Source of the DNA: a virus
Taxonomy: Duplodnaviria > Heunggongvirae > Uroviricota > Caudoviricetes
IMG/VR virus record: IMGVR_UViG_2684622541_000016
DNA: 44,699 bases
Direction: 5' to 3' (one strand)
Position 1 is the first letter of the stretch; each line of letters begins with the position of its first letter. The notes beneath the pieces were generated by a model. That model was given only the letters and a program-made list of their open reading frames with translations. It did not search any database and had not been told where the DNA came from. The position numbers were made by a program, and so were the translations under genes. Below, piece by piece: positions 1 through 11,716 of this stretch.

Positions 1-600
1 TCAGAATTTATAACCGACACCCACGATGAAACCGTCAGTGCGCCAGTCGCCACTGCCGGAGCCTTCATAAGCAATATCAATGGCCACGGATTCGGTCGGG
101 TTAAACTGCACGCCAGCTCCCCACGCCAGAGACGTGTTGCTGTGGCGACCGTCATCACTTCCGGTCAGCACGTCGTGCGTTTTCCCCTTGTTGTCAGTTA
201 CGCGGAGATAATCCCCGGAGAAAGTCGACACACGGCTGTAAGCCACACCCGCCATCGCATACGCGCTGAACCATTCATTCACGCGCACAGACGGCCCCGC
301 CATTACGCTGAACCAGCGGTTACGAACGGAATCTTCATGCCAGCGGGTATCGCTGTAACGGGTCAGCTGGCGATTCTTGTCTCCTGCATAGCTGAATGAC
401 GTCACCAGCCCCAGTGTGTCCGTAAACTCATAACGGTATTTCACGTTAATCCCGTTCAGATCATCACTGCCGGGGACGTTCGTCGAGGCATGAAGATACC
501 CCGCGCTCAGCGTGGACTGATGTTCAGACGCCCATGCAGGCGCACCGGATACGGCCAGACAAATGGCTGCGGACAAAATTGCTGCACAAACTTTACGCAT
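1..600 (-). CDS. lom: Lom-like outer membrane protein (Ail/OmpX/Lom beta-barrel family)
   Basis: 199 aa ORF MRKVCAAILSAAICLAVSGAPAWA... with signal peptide and C-terminal ...VGYKF; near-identical to lambda Lom as recalled; sits directly downstream of J as in lambda. Confidence 0.9.
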   Translation of the reverse strand: MRKVCAAILSAAICLAVSGAPAWASEHQSTLSAGYLHASTNVPGSDDLNGINVKYRYEFTDTLGLVTSFSYAGDKNRQLTRYSDTRWHEDSVRNRWFSVMAGPSVRVNEWFSAYAMAGVAYSRVSTFSGDYLRVTDNKGKTHDVLTGSDDGRHSNTSLAWGAGVQFNPTESVAIDIAYEGSGSGDWRTDGFIVGVGYKF

Positions 601-623
601 AATTACCTCTCGCTTTTCTGCAA

Positions 624-650
624 TAAAAAAGGCGTCATTCCTGACGCCCT
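624..650 (-). terminator. Intrinsic terminator between J and lom
   Basis: 7-bp stem ggcgtca / tgacgcc with 4-nt loop; the plus-strand A-run 625-630 gives a T-run on the minus strand after the stem. Confidence 0.5.
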
Positions 651-670
651 TTATTGGGGTTATAAATATT

Positions 671-3600
671 TCAACGAATACTGATGCCGGAAGCGGCTTT
701 TTTGGTCACAATCACCGTACAGTCGGTGATATTGCCTGCCCCCTGATTGCCTTTCTGGAAAATCTTAAACTCCAGAGTGACGCTACCACCACCACTAGGC
801 ATATCAATAACTGCACTGTAACTACCGGGAATGGCCCCTTTAGTTTCTCTGGATGCGATTAATACGCCGTTTTTGCGAACTTCAAAACCATAACCCGTGT
901 ATCGCGTGCCTCCTGGGTTATTTCCGCTCCCCGGATCGTCATACGCTATACCGTTAAAAATAATGGGCGGAATAATAATCTGGCGGTCAAAGTTATGATC
1001 ATCGCTGATGGTGACTGTAACCGTACCGTCTGGTGTTTCCGTGTTACCCCACGTACCGACTTTTTTCGGGAAGGCTTTTGATACAGCTTTAACGAAATCC
1101 CCTCTGACCTGGGTCGCCTCCAGCATGCCCTTAATCGTACAGTTCTGGTTAATCGTGACATTGTTGAGCGTTCCTGAGTTCGCATTCACACTACCACTGA
1201 TATCCGCATTTTTAGCGGTCAGCTTTCCGTCTGATGTCAGGGAAAATACCGGAGGACTGCCACCGCTGGTAATGGCGGGGGCTGTCAGGCGCTTCAGGAA
1301 CACGTCGTTCATGAATATCTGGTTGCCCTGCGCCACAAACATCGGCGTTTCATTCCCGTTTGCCGGGTCAATAAACGCGATACGATTGGCGGCAACCAGA
1401 AACTGGCTCAGCTTGCCTTCCTCCGTGTCCTCCATGCTGAGGCCAATACCCGCGACATAATGTTTGCCGTCTTTGGTCTGCTCAATTTTGACGCCCCACA
1501 TCGCATTCCATTTATCGTTAGCGTCCTTCCACTCTTTCGAAAACTCATCCAGTCTGCTGGCGTTATCCTCCGTCAGATCAACTTTTTCCAGCAGCTCTTT
1601 ACCGAGATGGGATTCGGTTATCTTGCCTTTGAAAAAATCCAGGTAACCTTCCGCATCATCGCTCGCCCGACCGACGGCCTCCACGAATGCCGATTTGCCA
1701 ACGGTGTTCACACTGCGGATATAAAAGTAATAATCATGGCCCGGTTTGATATTGATACTGGCGGCTATCCAGTACAGCCCCGCGCCAAGGTAGCGGGCTG
1801 TGGTTTCAACCTGCCTGATATCGGTAATCCGCGTTTCCGAGAACCAGAACTCAAACTGTACCGTCGGATCATAAACCGCAAGATGCGGCGTGGCAGTTAT
1901 CTGAAAATAGCCCGGCGTCAGCTCAATCCGCGACGGTGCTACCGGTGCGGCAATCCTGAACGATACCGACGCCGGATCGCCCTGCTGTCCCCAGGCATTT
2001 ACCGCCCGGACTGTCAGCGTGTACCGTCCCAGCGCCAGTTGCGTGAAGCGGTATGTGGTTTCCGTCGTCCGGGCCGTGCTGACCAGCCGCTCACTGCCGT
2101 CATCCGCTGCCACGGTCAGGCGAAGCAGGAAGCTCACGCCCTTCACCACCTTCGGCGTGTCCCAGCGCGCCAGCACCTGACTGCCGAAGTCACCGCAGAC
2201 AGCGGGGAATATCAGGTGCTGCACCGCTGGCGGCGTGACACCATTCACCGTGCCGCTCTGGTCGCCGTCAAAGTGCGCCCCGTTATCCACGATGGCTTCT
2301 TTTTCCGGTACATGCTGCACGGCAGTGATGGCATACGTGCCGTCATCGTTCTCACGGATACTCACACAGCGGAACAGGCGCTGGCGCAACGTCGGCAGCT
2401 TCNNNNNNNNNNNNNNNNNNNNNNNNNNNNNNNNNNNNNNNNNNNNNNNNNCACACGCTGTATTCAGCAACGCCGTCAGGAACACGGCTCACTTTCACCT
2501 TCACGCCGTCGGTGACGGACTGAACCTCCACGCTGACCGGATTGCCACTTCCGTCAACCAGGCTTATCAGCATGGTACCGGAGGATGGCAGCGTGATTTC
2601 ACGGTCGAGCGTCAGCGTCCGGGTCTGGCTGTTTACCGCCAGCACGCGCCCGCCGATGCTGATACCCGCATAGTCATCATCACAGATTTCAATGACATCG
2701 CCCGGCACATGGCGAAGCCCTTCTGCGCCCACGCTGAAGTCCACGGTCTGCGTTTCCAGCAGTTCTGTTTTAATCAGCCACAGCCCGGCGCGGTGTGCCT
2801 GCCCCCGGCTGGTACAGCCAAAAGCATCCATCTTCGTGACGTTACGACCGTAACGGGCAATGGCCTGCGTATCCTCCACAAGCTCTGTCGCCGTCTCCCA
2901 GCCGTTATCCGGGTCAATCCAGTTCACCTCAACGGCATTATGGCGGTCTTTCAGGGCGCTGAAGCTGTAGCGGAACGGCGCGCCATCATCCGGCATCACC
3001 ACATTACTGCGGTTATAGGTCCACACCTTATCCGACGGTCGGTCCTGCACGAACGTCAGCGTCTGCCCGTTCCATACCGGCATACAGCGCATCGCCGAGC
3101 AGAAATCACTGAGCACATCCCACGCCTTGCGCTGTGTGGTCAGGTACGCATTACAGGTGATGCGCGGCTCCGTGCCGCCAAAGCCGTCCGGCACTGACTG
3201 GTCGCAGTACTGGCCGATGACATACAGCGCCCATTTGTCCACATCCGCCGCACCAAGACGTTTCCCCATGCCGTAGCGCGGGTGGGTCAGCATATCCCAC
3301 AGACACCAGGCCATGTTGTTGCTGTATGCTGGTTTTAACGTTCCGTCCCAGATACCGCTGTATTGTCGCGTCTGCGGGTTATAGTTCGACGGCACCTGCA
3401 GAATGCGCCCGCGAAGATGATAATTACGACTCACCTGCTGGCTGCCGAACTGCTCCGAGTCCACCTGTACGCCGACCAGTGCAGTGTTCGGGTAGCACTG
3501 TTTCACATCGATGATTTCGGTGTATGACGACCAGAGCGTTTTGTTCTGCAGCTGGTCTGTGGTGCTGTCTGGTGTCATCCTGCGCATCCGGATACTGAAC

Positions 3601-4127
3601 GGGCGCGGAGGCAGGTTATCCACCACCACCGAGACCAGATACTGCGAGGTGGTTTTGCCCTTAATGGTGATGTCTTTTTCCGTCACCCAGCCACCGTTAC
3701 GCTGTATCTGAACCAGCAGGCGGACTTCCGACGGATTCCTGTCTCCCTTTGAGGTGGTTTCCACCAGTGCCTGTACACCGAAGGTAAAGCGCAGACGGTC
3801 GATGTTTGCCGACGTGATGGTCCGGGTGATCGGCGTGTCATATTTCACTTCCGTACCCAGCACCGTCTCGGAGCCGGAGGATTCAAACCCCTCCGGCGGT
3901 GACTGCTCCTGCTCACCTGCCCGGAACACCACCGTGACGCCGGAGATGTTGGTATTCCCCTCATTGTCCAGCACCGGCGTACTGTTCAGCAGCACGCTTT
4001 TTAATCCATCCACCGGACCTTCAACCGGCCCTTCACTGATGGCATCGATCACACTCAGCAGCTGCGTGGACTTCAGGTTGTCCTTCGCTTCGCGCGGGGT
4101 ATGCCCCTTACTGCTGCCTTTACCCAT
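671..4127 (-). CDS. J: Tail tip / host specificity protein J; interrupted by a 49-nt N run
   Basis: Two ORF fragments (2352-4127 and 671-2485) joined across N run 2403-2451; N-terminus [34 protein letters not shown]... matches lambda J as recalled; position after I/K/L/M. Confidence 0.9.
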
Positions 4128-4187
4128 TCCTCACGCTCCATAAACGACAAAACCGCCCGCAGGCGGTTTCTCATAAAACATTTTGCA

Positions 4188-4835
4188 TCAGCGACCAATC
4201 ACCACAACCTGACCACCATCCCCTTCGTCTGCCGTGCTGATCTCCTGAGAAACCACACGTGACCCCACGCGCATTTCCCCGTACAGAACAGGCAGAACAT
4301 TACCCTGGGCAACCATGTTATCCAGTGACGAGAAATACGTGTTCTGTTTGCCGTTATCTGTACTGGCTGCCGTGGGCGTCCTGGCTTTCGGTGCCAGCAT
4401 CTGCGCCACACCACCCAGGATCATACTGGCCCCTGCTGCATACATACCCGATACAGCCGCGGCCCCCAGCCAGCCCACAGGGTTCCACCATGCCACCGCA
4501 ATCAGCGCCGCACCCAGCACCGCCTGAAACACACCGCCACTTTTGGCACCCGCCAGACGCGGAACGATGTGGATCACGGCACCATTTGCCAGCGGTTCAT
4601 TAAGACGGGCAGATAATTCATTTTCGCCTGCATCACGCCCGGCAATGCGCACCTGATACCAGCCGTCGCTCAGTTTCTGACGAAATGCCGGGAGCTGTGT
4701 GGCCAGTGCCCGGATGGCTTCGGCCCCCGTTTTCACACGAAGGTCGATGCGGCGGCCAAATCGCTGCAAATCCCCGTAAAGGCAGATGCGTGCCATGCCC
4801 GGTGACGCCAGAGGGAGTGTGTGCGTCGCTGCCAT
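4188..4835 (-). CDS. I: Tail assembly protein I
   Basis: 215 aa ORF between K and J, overlapping K as in lambda. Confidence 0.8.
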   Translation of the reverse strand: MAATHTLPLASPGMARICLYGDLQRFGRRIDLRVKTGAEAIRALATQLPAFRQKLSDGWYQVRIAGRDAGENELSARLNEPLANGAVIHIVPRLAGAKSGGVFQAVLGAALIAVAWWNPVGWLGAAAVSGMYAAGASMILGGVAQMLAPKARTPTAASTDNGKQNTYFSSLDNMVAQGNVLPVLYGEMRVGSRVVSQEISTADEGDGGQVVVIGR

Positions 4836-5476
4836 TTGTCGGTATACCTCTCTCGTTTGCTCAGTTGTTCAGGAATATGGTGCAGCAGCTCGCCGTCACC
4901 GCAGTAAATAGCGGCATGATTCGGCACCGATGAACCAAAGCAGCACAGCAGCACATCGCCCGGCTGCGCCTCTGTCAGTGCGACACGGTAAAAACCAGTC
5001 GCCTCCATATTGTCAAGATAGAGATTCTGACCGTTACGCCACCAGTCATCCCCGCGATGAAAATCCGGCATCTCAATCCCAGCCAGATGATAAGCATCCC
5101 GGAACAGCGTGTAACAGTCCGTCGCCCCGTGCTCAAAGCGCCGCCCGGTGAGATGCGGCACACAGCGGAACTTGTGAATCGCCCCGCGGCAGACCAGCCA
5201 CCACGACAAATCACTCTGCACCTGCAGCCGCCGGTCGGCCTCACTCAGCCAGGGCAGACCACCGGGGTGGCTGTGGACCAGCGCCACAATCTCACCCTGC
5301 ATCTCTGCCTGCAGCCAGTCCTCCGGAGCCATCCGGAAATACTCCTCCGGCTCACCGGAAATATTCACGCAGGGAAAATATCTTTCCCCCTCCGGTGTTC
5401 TCACCACGAAGCCGCACGACTCCGCTGGCGCACATCGCCGGGCGTGCGCCAGAATCGCTGATTCTGTCTGTGTCAT
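4733..5476 (-). CDS. K: Tail assembly protein K (NlpC/P60 plus MPN-like)
   Basis: 247 aa ORF MTQTESAILAHARRCAPAESCGFVV... with HSHP motif; matches lambda K as recalled. Confidence 0.85.
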   Translation of the reverse strand: MTQTESAILAHARRCAPAESCGFVVRTPEGERYFPCVNISGEPEEYFRMAPEDWLQAEMQGEIVALVHSHPGGLPWLSEADRRLQVQSDLSWWLVCRGAIHKFRCVPHLTGRRFEHGATDCYTLFRDAYHLAGIEMPDFHRGDDWWRNGQNLYLDNMEATGFYRVALTEAQPGDVLLCCFGSSVPNHAAIYCGDGELLHHIPEQLSKRERYTDKWQRRTHSLWRHRAWHASAFTGICSDLAAASTFV

Positions 5477-5481
5477 GGGAT

Positions 5482-6180
5482 TTACTGCGAAAGTTTGTTA
5501 ATGGAAAGGAAGCCGCCAAAGTTGCCGACGTTATTGCGGAACTTACAACCGCTCAGGCATTTGCTGCATTTATCCTTCGTGATATCGGACGTTGGCTGGT
5601 CATATTCATCCGCGACAGCCGGACCGTGATAACCGCACTCATCACCGCGATAGGTCCAGGTGCAGGTATTAGCAAGCATGATGCGCCCCGGAAAAACAGC
5701 GCCGTCCGTTTCCGTCGGCGTGGACAGTACAAAGGAGGCACTGACCGCGCTCAGTTCGCTGCACTGCTCAATACGCCAGCGGCTGATCACCTCCTGCTCC
5801 GGATCGGCGTCACTGTTTCCGTTGACGAAGTTCACCGCATCCAGAAAACGGGCGTAAACCTTACGCCTGACCACCGTTCCGCCGACCAGACTCTGCAGGT
5901 CTTCCGCCATCCCGGTGACCATGCCGTGCAGATTAGAGACTTTCAGCGTTGGCCTTGCACTGGCACCTTTGCCGTTCATCTCAAATCCACTCCCCTGAAT
6001 GGGATAGGCCTGATACTGCCGACTCTGCCAGGTGACAGACTCTCCTTTCTCGTTCTGCTCATTGCAGAAAAAGTAGCGATCCCCGCCTACCTCGGTCAGG
6101 TCGATTTCCCAGAGCACCACGCTGGCCGACTGCTCCGCACGAATGCATTCATTCAGCGTTTCCTGTTGTATGTCCTGCAT
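5482..6180 (-). CDS. L: Minor tail protein L
   Basis: 232 aa [36 protein letters not shown]... near-identical to lambda L as recalled. Confidence 0.9.
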   Translation of the reverse strand: MQDIQQETLNECIRAEQSASVVLWEIDLTEVGGDRYFFCNEQNEKGESVTWQSRQYQAYPIQGSGFEMNGKGASARPTLKVSNLHGMVTGMAEDLQSLVGGTVVRRKVYARFLDAVNFVNGNSDADPEQEVISRWRIEQCSELSAVSASFVLSTPTETDGAVFPGRIMLANTCTWTYRGDECGYHGPAVADEYDQPTSDITKDKCSKCLSGCKFRNNVGNFGGFLSINKLSQ

Positions 6181-6518
6181 CAGATCACCACTTCGTCAAA
6201 CTGACACGAAAAATCGGTATAGGTGATATGTTCTGTCGCTGACCACGTTCGACACACCACTCTGATTTTTCTGTTAATACCCGGCGGGCGCCAAAAAAAA
6301 GATTTATAGCCTTCATGCCGGGCTAAAAATTTTTCAAATGAATCACGTTCATTCGCCTCAACTTTGAAATCACAGGTGAAAACGCGCAGAGAATGATTAA
6401 GTCCATTTGGACTTCGTTGCTCATAACCATCACCAAATCTTACAGTTTTTATCGATGGTTTATTTTCTGTTTTCATTCCATCCTCTGGTAACCAGTGAAA
6501 TTCTTCCGTATTAGCCAC
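6180..6518 (-). CDS. M: Minor tail protein M
   Basis: 112 aa ORF with [10 protein letters not shown] motif typical of lambda M family; position between the tape measure gene and L. Confidence 0.8.
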   Translation of the reverse strand: MANTEEFHWLPEDGMKTENKPSIKTVRFGDGYEQRSPNGLNHSLRVFTCDFKVEANERDSFEKFLARHEGYKSFFWRPPGINRKIRVVCRTWSATEHITYTDFSCQFDEVVI

Positions 6519-9500
6519 TTAACATTCCCCCATCACGTCGCATATTTAACAGATTGCCCTGCACCCGCTGATCAACCATCCCCATAAGTGCTTTTATTGC
6601 CTGAGGGCCAATCTCTCCATTCTGGCCGTCATTTTGAATAGTGATTTGGTATACAGGGGCATAGGTAATATCTCCGCCTCCATTACCACTTTTACTATTA
6701 ATAGCTCTGACACCAAGAGAACCATCGGAAGTTCGTGTTAATGGCATAATGGCTTCCGGTCCAGCCTCACCAAAAACACCAGCCCCTTTTGCAAAAGCAA
6801 AAAATTGCGGGGAATCATAAATACCGTTCGAATACGTGCTCAATGACGGAGACTCATAAACACCGCCCTTTGCATTCGGAATAAATTTACTAATAGCACT
6901 CCCGATAGTTCCTAAAATCCCCCCAGAAGAACTGTTACTAATGCTGTCGAAAATCCCAGTAATTGAAGCCTTTAATGCTATTCGACTAAGATCCGAAATC
7001 ACGGAAGTAGCGAAAGAACGAAAATTTGCCTTGCCTGTCGTGACAAAATCACCCAGCGCATCGGTCATCCCATCAAACATCTGAGTCGTGGTTGATTTTA
7101 TCTGCTCACTGATATCCTTAGTGTCATCCAGCCAGTTATTGAATCCCTGGGAGGCACCACTAACCCAGTCTCCTGCCTGAATATCGAGCTGCTCGTTTTT
7201 CTGTCTGACAATTTCTTTTTCCCGTTCCAGAGCATCATTCAGAGCCTGCATTTTCTCTTGAAAAACATGATCTGACATTCCACGGGATTTATCTGCATAG
7301 TCACGTTCAAGTTGCAGACGCTGATTGTTATATCCATGTTCAATCCGCAGTAATTCCTGCTGGCGTTGCTGATTTTTATCGCCAACCCCATAACCAGCAA
7401 TCTGAATATCATACCCCTGCTGACGATTATCAATCGAAGCCTGCAATGAATCACGCCATGCTGTTATTTCGGCGGATTCCTTGATTAGCCTGTTATTTTT
7501 TTCAATCGCAACATTTTTCTCCATCAACGTGGTTATTTCTTCCCGGTGTAAGAGAAGCGATTTCTGATCCTGGGTTAATTTCGATGATGGTCGTGACTCT
7601 AGGTCGGCAATCCGCTGACGCCACTTAACCAGTTCCTGTTCAGAGGAACTTAATTTAACGGTCAACTCAGCTTGTGAACTTAGTAACGCATTCTGTTGAT
7701 TCAGATGATCAATCATTCGTTGGGCTGCATCATCAGAATAACCTTTCGCCTTTGGTTGCTTTGGATCTTTATAACGCTCATTTATTTGAGCGATAAGATT
7801 ATTATATTCTTCCTTTGAATACTGATTCTTTAGCTTTTCCAGTTTTGCAAGTTCACTAGCTCTCTGCTGCTCCCGGGTCTGATATTGTTTTGAAAAGGCA
7901 TCTGCTCTCTGTCTGAGTTCAATTCCTTCCTGTTGTCGCTTGTTGTAATCGTTTATTGATGAATTTAGTACGTCCTGAGCAATTTTTTCTGCTTGAAGTA
8001 CGCCCAATTGCTGCTTTAATCGTGCCAGCCTTTTATTTTGAGCTCCGCCATCTCCAATGCCACCTAACCCGAAAACTCCGGGTCGGGTATTTTTTTCTAT
8101 TTCATCAATTTGACGGAGAACATCTGAGATTTTTTGATCAAGGGAGGCCTCACGGCCAATATCCAGCATGGAATCCCATGCCCATTTTGCGGAGTCTGCG
8201 ACAGCTTTCCATGCAGTCTCAAGATAACCAAGATTTTCTTTAATCTGGTTGGTGCGCTGGATCATTGAGGATGAGTATTCTTCTGTCGCAATGCGGGCGG
8301 CCTCCTGCTGGTTCCCTTCATCCTGTAGCGCCTTAATCTGGTTATAAGTCGCAAGTGTCAGAAAATGGTACTGATCATTAAGTTTTGATATGGCACTGAC
8401 AGGATCCTTTGCAATTTCATTGAAGTCATTAACCAGTTGTTCGGTTGATATTCCTGTTACTTCGCTCGTTTTTACTATCGCTGTCGTCACTTGCTCCAGC
8501 GAACTGCTCGCTACCTTTCCCGAACGCACAAGCTGATTTAATACTGCCGCCGCAGCACCAGTTGTCGAATCAGCCGCATTCCCGGCACGTTGAGCTATAT
8601 CGCCCAATTGCCCGCTGGTTGTCCCCAACTGATTTCCGGTAAGAATAAGAGATTTATTAAATTCGTCCTGCTCCTGAGAGCCTTTATAGTAAGCCAGTCC
8701 TAAGACCCCAACGGCTGCTGCGGCCAGGGTAAAAGGATTAATTAATCCCAGCACATAAGAACCTACACCTTTGATCGCCGGGCCAATCCCACCGAACATA
8801 TCTTTTAGCTGGCCGCCCTGCTGCATTAACACCATAAATGGCGACTGACCAGTGGACAACCCAACAACAATATCCGTCATTTGTACAGGCAACATGCGCA
8901 TAGCAAAAGCCGTTTGTTTTGCCGACATTCCGGTTTTGCTTAATTGTGATTGAGTAACCTCAAGCTCACTCCGCATAGCACGAAGTTTTCCAGAAAGCTC
9001 CTCATACATTTCAGGAGAAAGCATCCCCTTAGCTTTTGCTTCATTGAGCTGTTTCTGTTGTTCTACCAGACGATTAAAAGCAGTTCCGACAGGATCAAGT
9101 TGAGCAATCAGACGTTGCAAAGCAACAACCTGTTCATCATGCGCTTTTGCTGCTTCTCGCTCTGCCTGAGCCTCTCCGGTAAGCTCTCGCCGTGTTTCCT
9201 GTATTTTTCGGCTATAATTCTCAAACTGAGAACCATTTATTTTCCCGGATGCAAACGCAGCATTAAGTTCATCATGCTGTTGTTCAAGATTTCTTAGCGC
9301 CGCAGCCAGAGGGTCGATCTTGTCCAGCATTCTTTGAAAGGCCTGAGCCTGCGCTTCCTGCTGGGCGGCAGCAAGTTTTCCGGCCTTCTCGGCTTCTCTC
9401 TGCGCTTGCGCAACCCCGCTCAATTCCTCTGTGGTTTCATTAAGTTTACGGACAAGAAATTCATATTCTTCTTTATCAATAAGCCCTTTATCGAAAAATT

Positions 9501-9744
9501 TCTTTAATTCAGAATAGCGTCGACCGACAGTATCAATTGCGGCACCAACTGGATCAATAGCTGCTTTTAATTTTGCGAGCGCGTTCTTCTCATCTTCTGT
9601 TGCCTTAGTCACTTTCCCTGCGCTATTTGCAGCAGTTTCCCCAGCCTGCGTCATTTTGACTAATGAGGAGGTCAGATTGTCAGCATTATTTTTCGCTCCA
9701 GTGCTATCAATAATTATTGCGAGACGCGAGGTTTGCTCTGCCAT
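6511..9744 (-). CDS. Tail tape measure protein
   Basis: 1077 aa ORF, long coiled-coil-rich N-terminal part (repeated Q/E/A/K-rich heptads) and glycine-rich C-terminus; AGGAG ribosome binding site before ATG; canonical position between G/T and M. Confidence 0.85.
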   Translation of the reverse strand: MAEQTSRLAIIIDSTGAKNNADNLTSSLVKMTQAGETAANSAGKVTKATEDEKNALAKLKAAIDPVGAAIDTVGRRYSELKKFFDKGLIDKEEYEFLVRKLNETTEELSGVAQAQREAEKAGKLAAAQQEAQAQAFQRMLDKIDPLAAALRNLEQQHDELNAAFASGKINGSQFENYSRKIQETRRELTGEAQAEREAAKAHDEQVVALQRLIAQLDPVGTAFNRLVEQQKQLNEAKAKGMLSPEMYEELSGKLRAMRSELEVTQSQLSKTGMSAKQTAFAMRMLPVQMTDIVVGLSTGQSPFMVLMQQGGQLKDMFGGIGPAIKGVGSYVLGLINPFTLAAAAVGVLGLAYYKGSQEQDEFNKSLILTGNQLGTTSGQLGDIAQRAGNAADSTTGAAAAVLNQLVRSGKVASSSLEQVTTAIVKTSEVTGISTEQLVNDFNEIAKDPVSAISKLNDQYHFLTLATYNQIKALQDEGNQQEAARIATEEYSSSMIQRTNQIKENLGYLETAWKAVADSAKWAWDSMLDIGREASLDQKISDVLRQIDEIEKNTRPGVFGLGGIGDGGAQNKRLARLKQQLGVLQAEKIAQDVLNSSINDYNKRQQEGIELRQRADAFSKQYQTREQQRASELAKLEKLKNQYSKEEYNNLIAQINERYKDPKQPKAKGYSDDAAQRMIDHLNQQNALLSSQAELTVKLSSSEQELVKWRQRIADLESRPSSKLTQDQKSLLLHREEITTLMEKNVAIEKNNRLIKESAEITAWRDSLQASIDNRQQGYDIQIAGYGVGDKNQQRQQELLRIEHGYNNQRLQLERDYADKSRGMSDHVFQEKMQALNDALEREKEIVRQKNEQLDIQAGDWVSGASQGFNNWLDDTKDISEQIKSTTTQMFDGMTDALGDFVTTGKANFRSFATSVISDLSRIALKASITGIFDSISNSSSGGILGTIGSAISKFIPNAKGGVYESPSLSTYSNGIYDSPQFFAFAKGAGVFGEAGPEAIMPLTRTSDGSLGVRAINSKSGNGGGDITYAPVYQITIQNDGQNGEIGPQAIKALMGMVDQRVQGNLLNMRRDGGMLSG

Positions 9745-9909
9745 TTATTAAAACTCCTGACAACAAAAAACCCACCGCGAAGTGGGTTTCAGGCGACATA
9801 ATAGTAGATATAGCGATTACGAGGCCACGCAATGCTTTTCTCCAGGAGCATCATCGATTTAATTAAAGACACCATCACATCTCTGTAACAGAGTGTACGT
9901 AATTAACAA

Positions 9910-10229
9910 CTACACACACTGCTCCTGAAAATACTGGTCATCCAGTGCAAAGATCACTGCTTCAAATTCATCGCGCTCAATCAATACCGGATGAGTGGCT
10001 AAATATTCATTTATCTCTGTCAGAGATAAAGGCAAAGGCACCCCAGCCATTCCAGCATAACGTCGGGCACGGGATATTACCGAATAGGCGTACAACAACT
10101 CCTTAAGCACCGGGTCTATTTCTGGTTCCGGTATCGGTGGCAACCTGAGTTTTTCTCGCTTCCATCTTGCCTTTTCCCCCCTTTCTCCCCCGAACTCCGA
10201 TAACCACCGCTGGGCAGCTATGGCTTTTT
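9910..10229 (-). CDS. Tail assembly chaperone T portion, expressed as G-T fusion by -1 frameshift
   Basis: The -1 frame is open from the slippery site at 10224-10230 into the 77 aa ORF 9910-10143 (traced codon by codon); the lambda G/GT paradigm. Confidence 0.55.
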
Positions 10230-10679
10230 TATCGTATCCTGCTTCTGCTGCTCTTTACCCTGGGCGATGCTGGCTGCTTCTGCAAGGATCTGCCAGTACA
10301 ACTCTGGATTCTGCTTAAGCAGCGCGATCCCTCGTTCTGCCGTATATTCCAGTGCAACCTCAACACCATTAACCAGTTCACCAACCCCTTTCCAGTCTTT
10401 CAGCAGATAACGAGCGGCATTATCAATGAGTAAATCATCAACAGAATCCACCTCGGAAACCTTTGAAATATCAAACTCCTTCGTTCCGACGTGCAAACTG
10501 GCATCCATTTTCTCAATGTGGCGACGGATTAATGCATTACGGGAGCGATACTGATCGTTATCGCTGCTTGCCACCAACAGTTTTAACCCGTCTACAGGTT
10601 TTAAGTCCTTCATTGGCGTAAACCAGCGTTCTCCACCAATGATAATTTTCTGATTAAGAATAAACATCCATAACCTCAT
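10218..10679 (-). CDS. Tail assembly chaperone G
   Basis: 153 aa ORF directly upstream of the tape measure gene; ends ...D T I K K P stop with the slippery heptamer A_AAA_AAG in its last codons. Confidence 0.6.
   Translation of the reverse strand: MRLWMFILNQKIIIGGERWFTPMKDLKPVDGLKLLVASSDNDQYRSRNALIRRHIEKMDASLHVGTKEFDISKVSEVDSVDDLLIDNAARYLLKDWKGVGELVNGVEVALEYTAERGIALLKQNPELYWQILAEAASIAQGKEQQKQDTIKKP
10224..10230 (-). other. Programmed -1 ribosomal frameshift slippery heptamer A_AAA_AAG
   Basis: Minus-strand sequence gat acg ata aaa aag cca tag; the heptamer is in X_XXY_YYZ register in the G frame. Confidence 0.5.
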
Positions 10680-10727
10680 TCAATGCGTCCCCCTGTAGGG
10701 CAGTACCACAGGAGGAATAACGGAAAA

Positions 10728-11690
10728 TCAACTAATCGCCTCAGCACTGGCTTTTGCGATCACGGCAGCCGGGGAATTTTTTTTTCTGGTTATCGTAGGT
10801 GCTTCATCTGCTGCGGTAATGCTCAATTGAACCTGGATAATGTCGCTATTACCCCCATCAGGCCATTCACCTGACACCTGAACCTTCGGGAAACTGAAAG
10901 TGTATGCCCCCTCTCCATTCGAAAGCGTGAAGCTGAACGGAACTGTTTCTCCAGTCAGTGTTTTACTCCAGATTTCCCACGCGGCTTTAGACCATGAAAG
11001 CGTCACCGTACCGGACGGTGTAAAAGTAGTCGGAATATTTGCTCCTGCATAAGGCGAGCCAGTCCCGATACAACGCTGTGTCTGGAGTTTGTTATCGAAC
11101 TGAATATCAAAACTGTCGATACAAAAACCGTTACCTCCGGCAACACCATTCAGGCTTACTGCTGAAACCTCCTTAAACGAATAACGTAGCTTTCCTGCAC
11201 TATCCACAGGTTCGCCTTTGATAAAATTCGTATCATCGGCCTTTGATTCCCAGTCCAGTCCGGCAAAGGTTACGGTCGCTGTAATATCGCCGTCGTTAGG
11301 GATCTGCATTTTCCATGAGCCAACCTGCGCTCCTCTGACGACAGAGGCAATTCCGACATCGGACGCATAGGTCGCCAGAGAAAATGTTATTCGCTCATTC
11401 CCCATTGTCAGAGAATCGCCTGACCATTCCGCGCCGAAACAGGATGCAAGAAAATCATCATGTTGACCCCAGCGAAATTTGGTACCAACATCACCGCCGA
11501 CATCCACAGTGCCAGGCGTCGCCCCCTGAGCCATCCGGGAGCCACCAATCTCATTATTTTCGCCTTTATTCTGGGTGGGTTTTACTCCCCAGCTTGTGCG
11601 TTTTAATAAACTCCAGTCACCACTTGCTGGCGTAGTGCCTGCAACCGTCTCCCGGATAAATGCCGAGATAACCTTTGCACCTGAACTCAC
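10728..11690 (-). CDS. Major tail protein (V-like)
   Basis: 320 aa ORF between the tail terminator-like gene and the G chaperone; T/S/G-rich beta-rich composition. Confidence 0.7.
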   Translation of the reverse strand: MSSGAKVISAFIRETVAGTTPASGDWSLLKRTSWGVKPTQNKGENNEIGGSRMAQGATPGTVDVGGDVGTKFRWGQHDDFLASCFGAEWSGDSLTMGNERITFSLATYASDVGIASVVRGAQVGSWKMQIPNDGDITATVTFAGLDWESKADDTNFIKGEPVDSAGKLRYSFKEVSAVSLNGVAGGNGFCIDSFDIQFDNKLQTQRCIGTGSPYAGANIPTTFTPSGTVTLSWSKAAWEIWSKTLTGETVPFSFTLSNGEGAYTFSFPKVQVSGEWPDGGNSDIIQVQLSITAADEAPTITRKKNSPAAVIAKASAEAIS

Positions 11691-11716
11691 AGGAGCCTCC
11701 TATGTCATTAATTGCG

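Noticed and set aside
2403-2451. 49-nt run of N inside J
   Set aside because: An assembly or masking gap, not biology; the reading frame continues on both sides, so J is treated as one gene.
1008-3197. Plus-strand ORFs inside J (1008-1460, 1460-2515, 2235-3197)
   Set aside because: Antisense to a well-supported lambda-like gene; similar antisense ORFs inside the tape measure, capsid, terminase and recE genes were rejected for the same reason.
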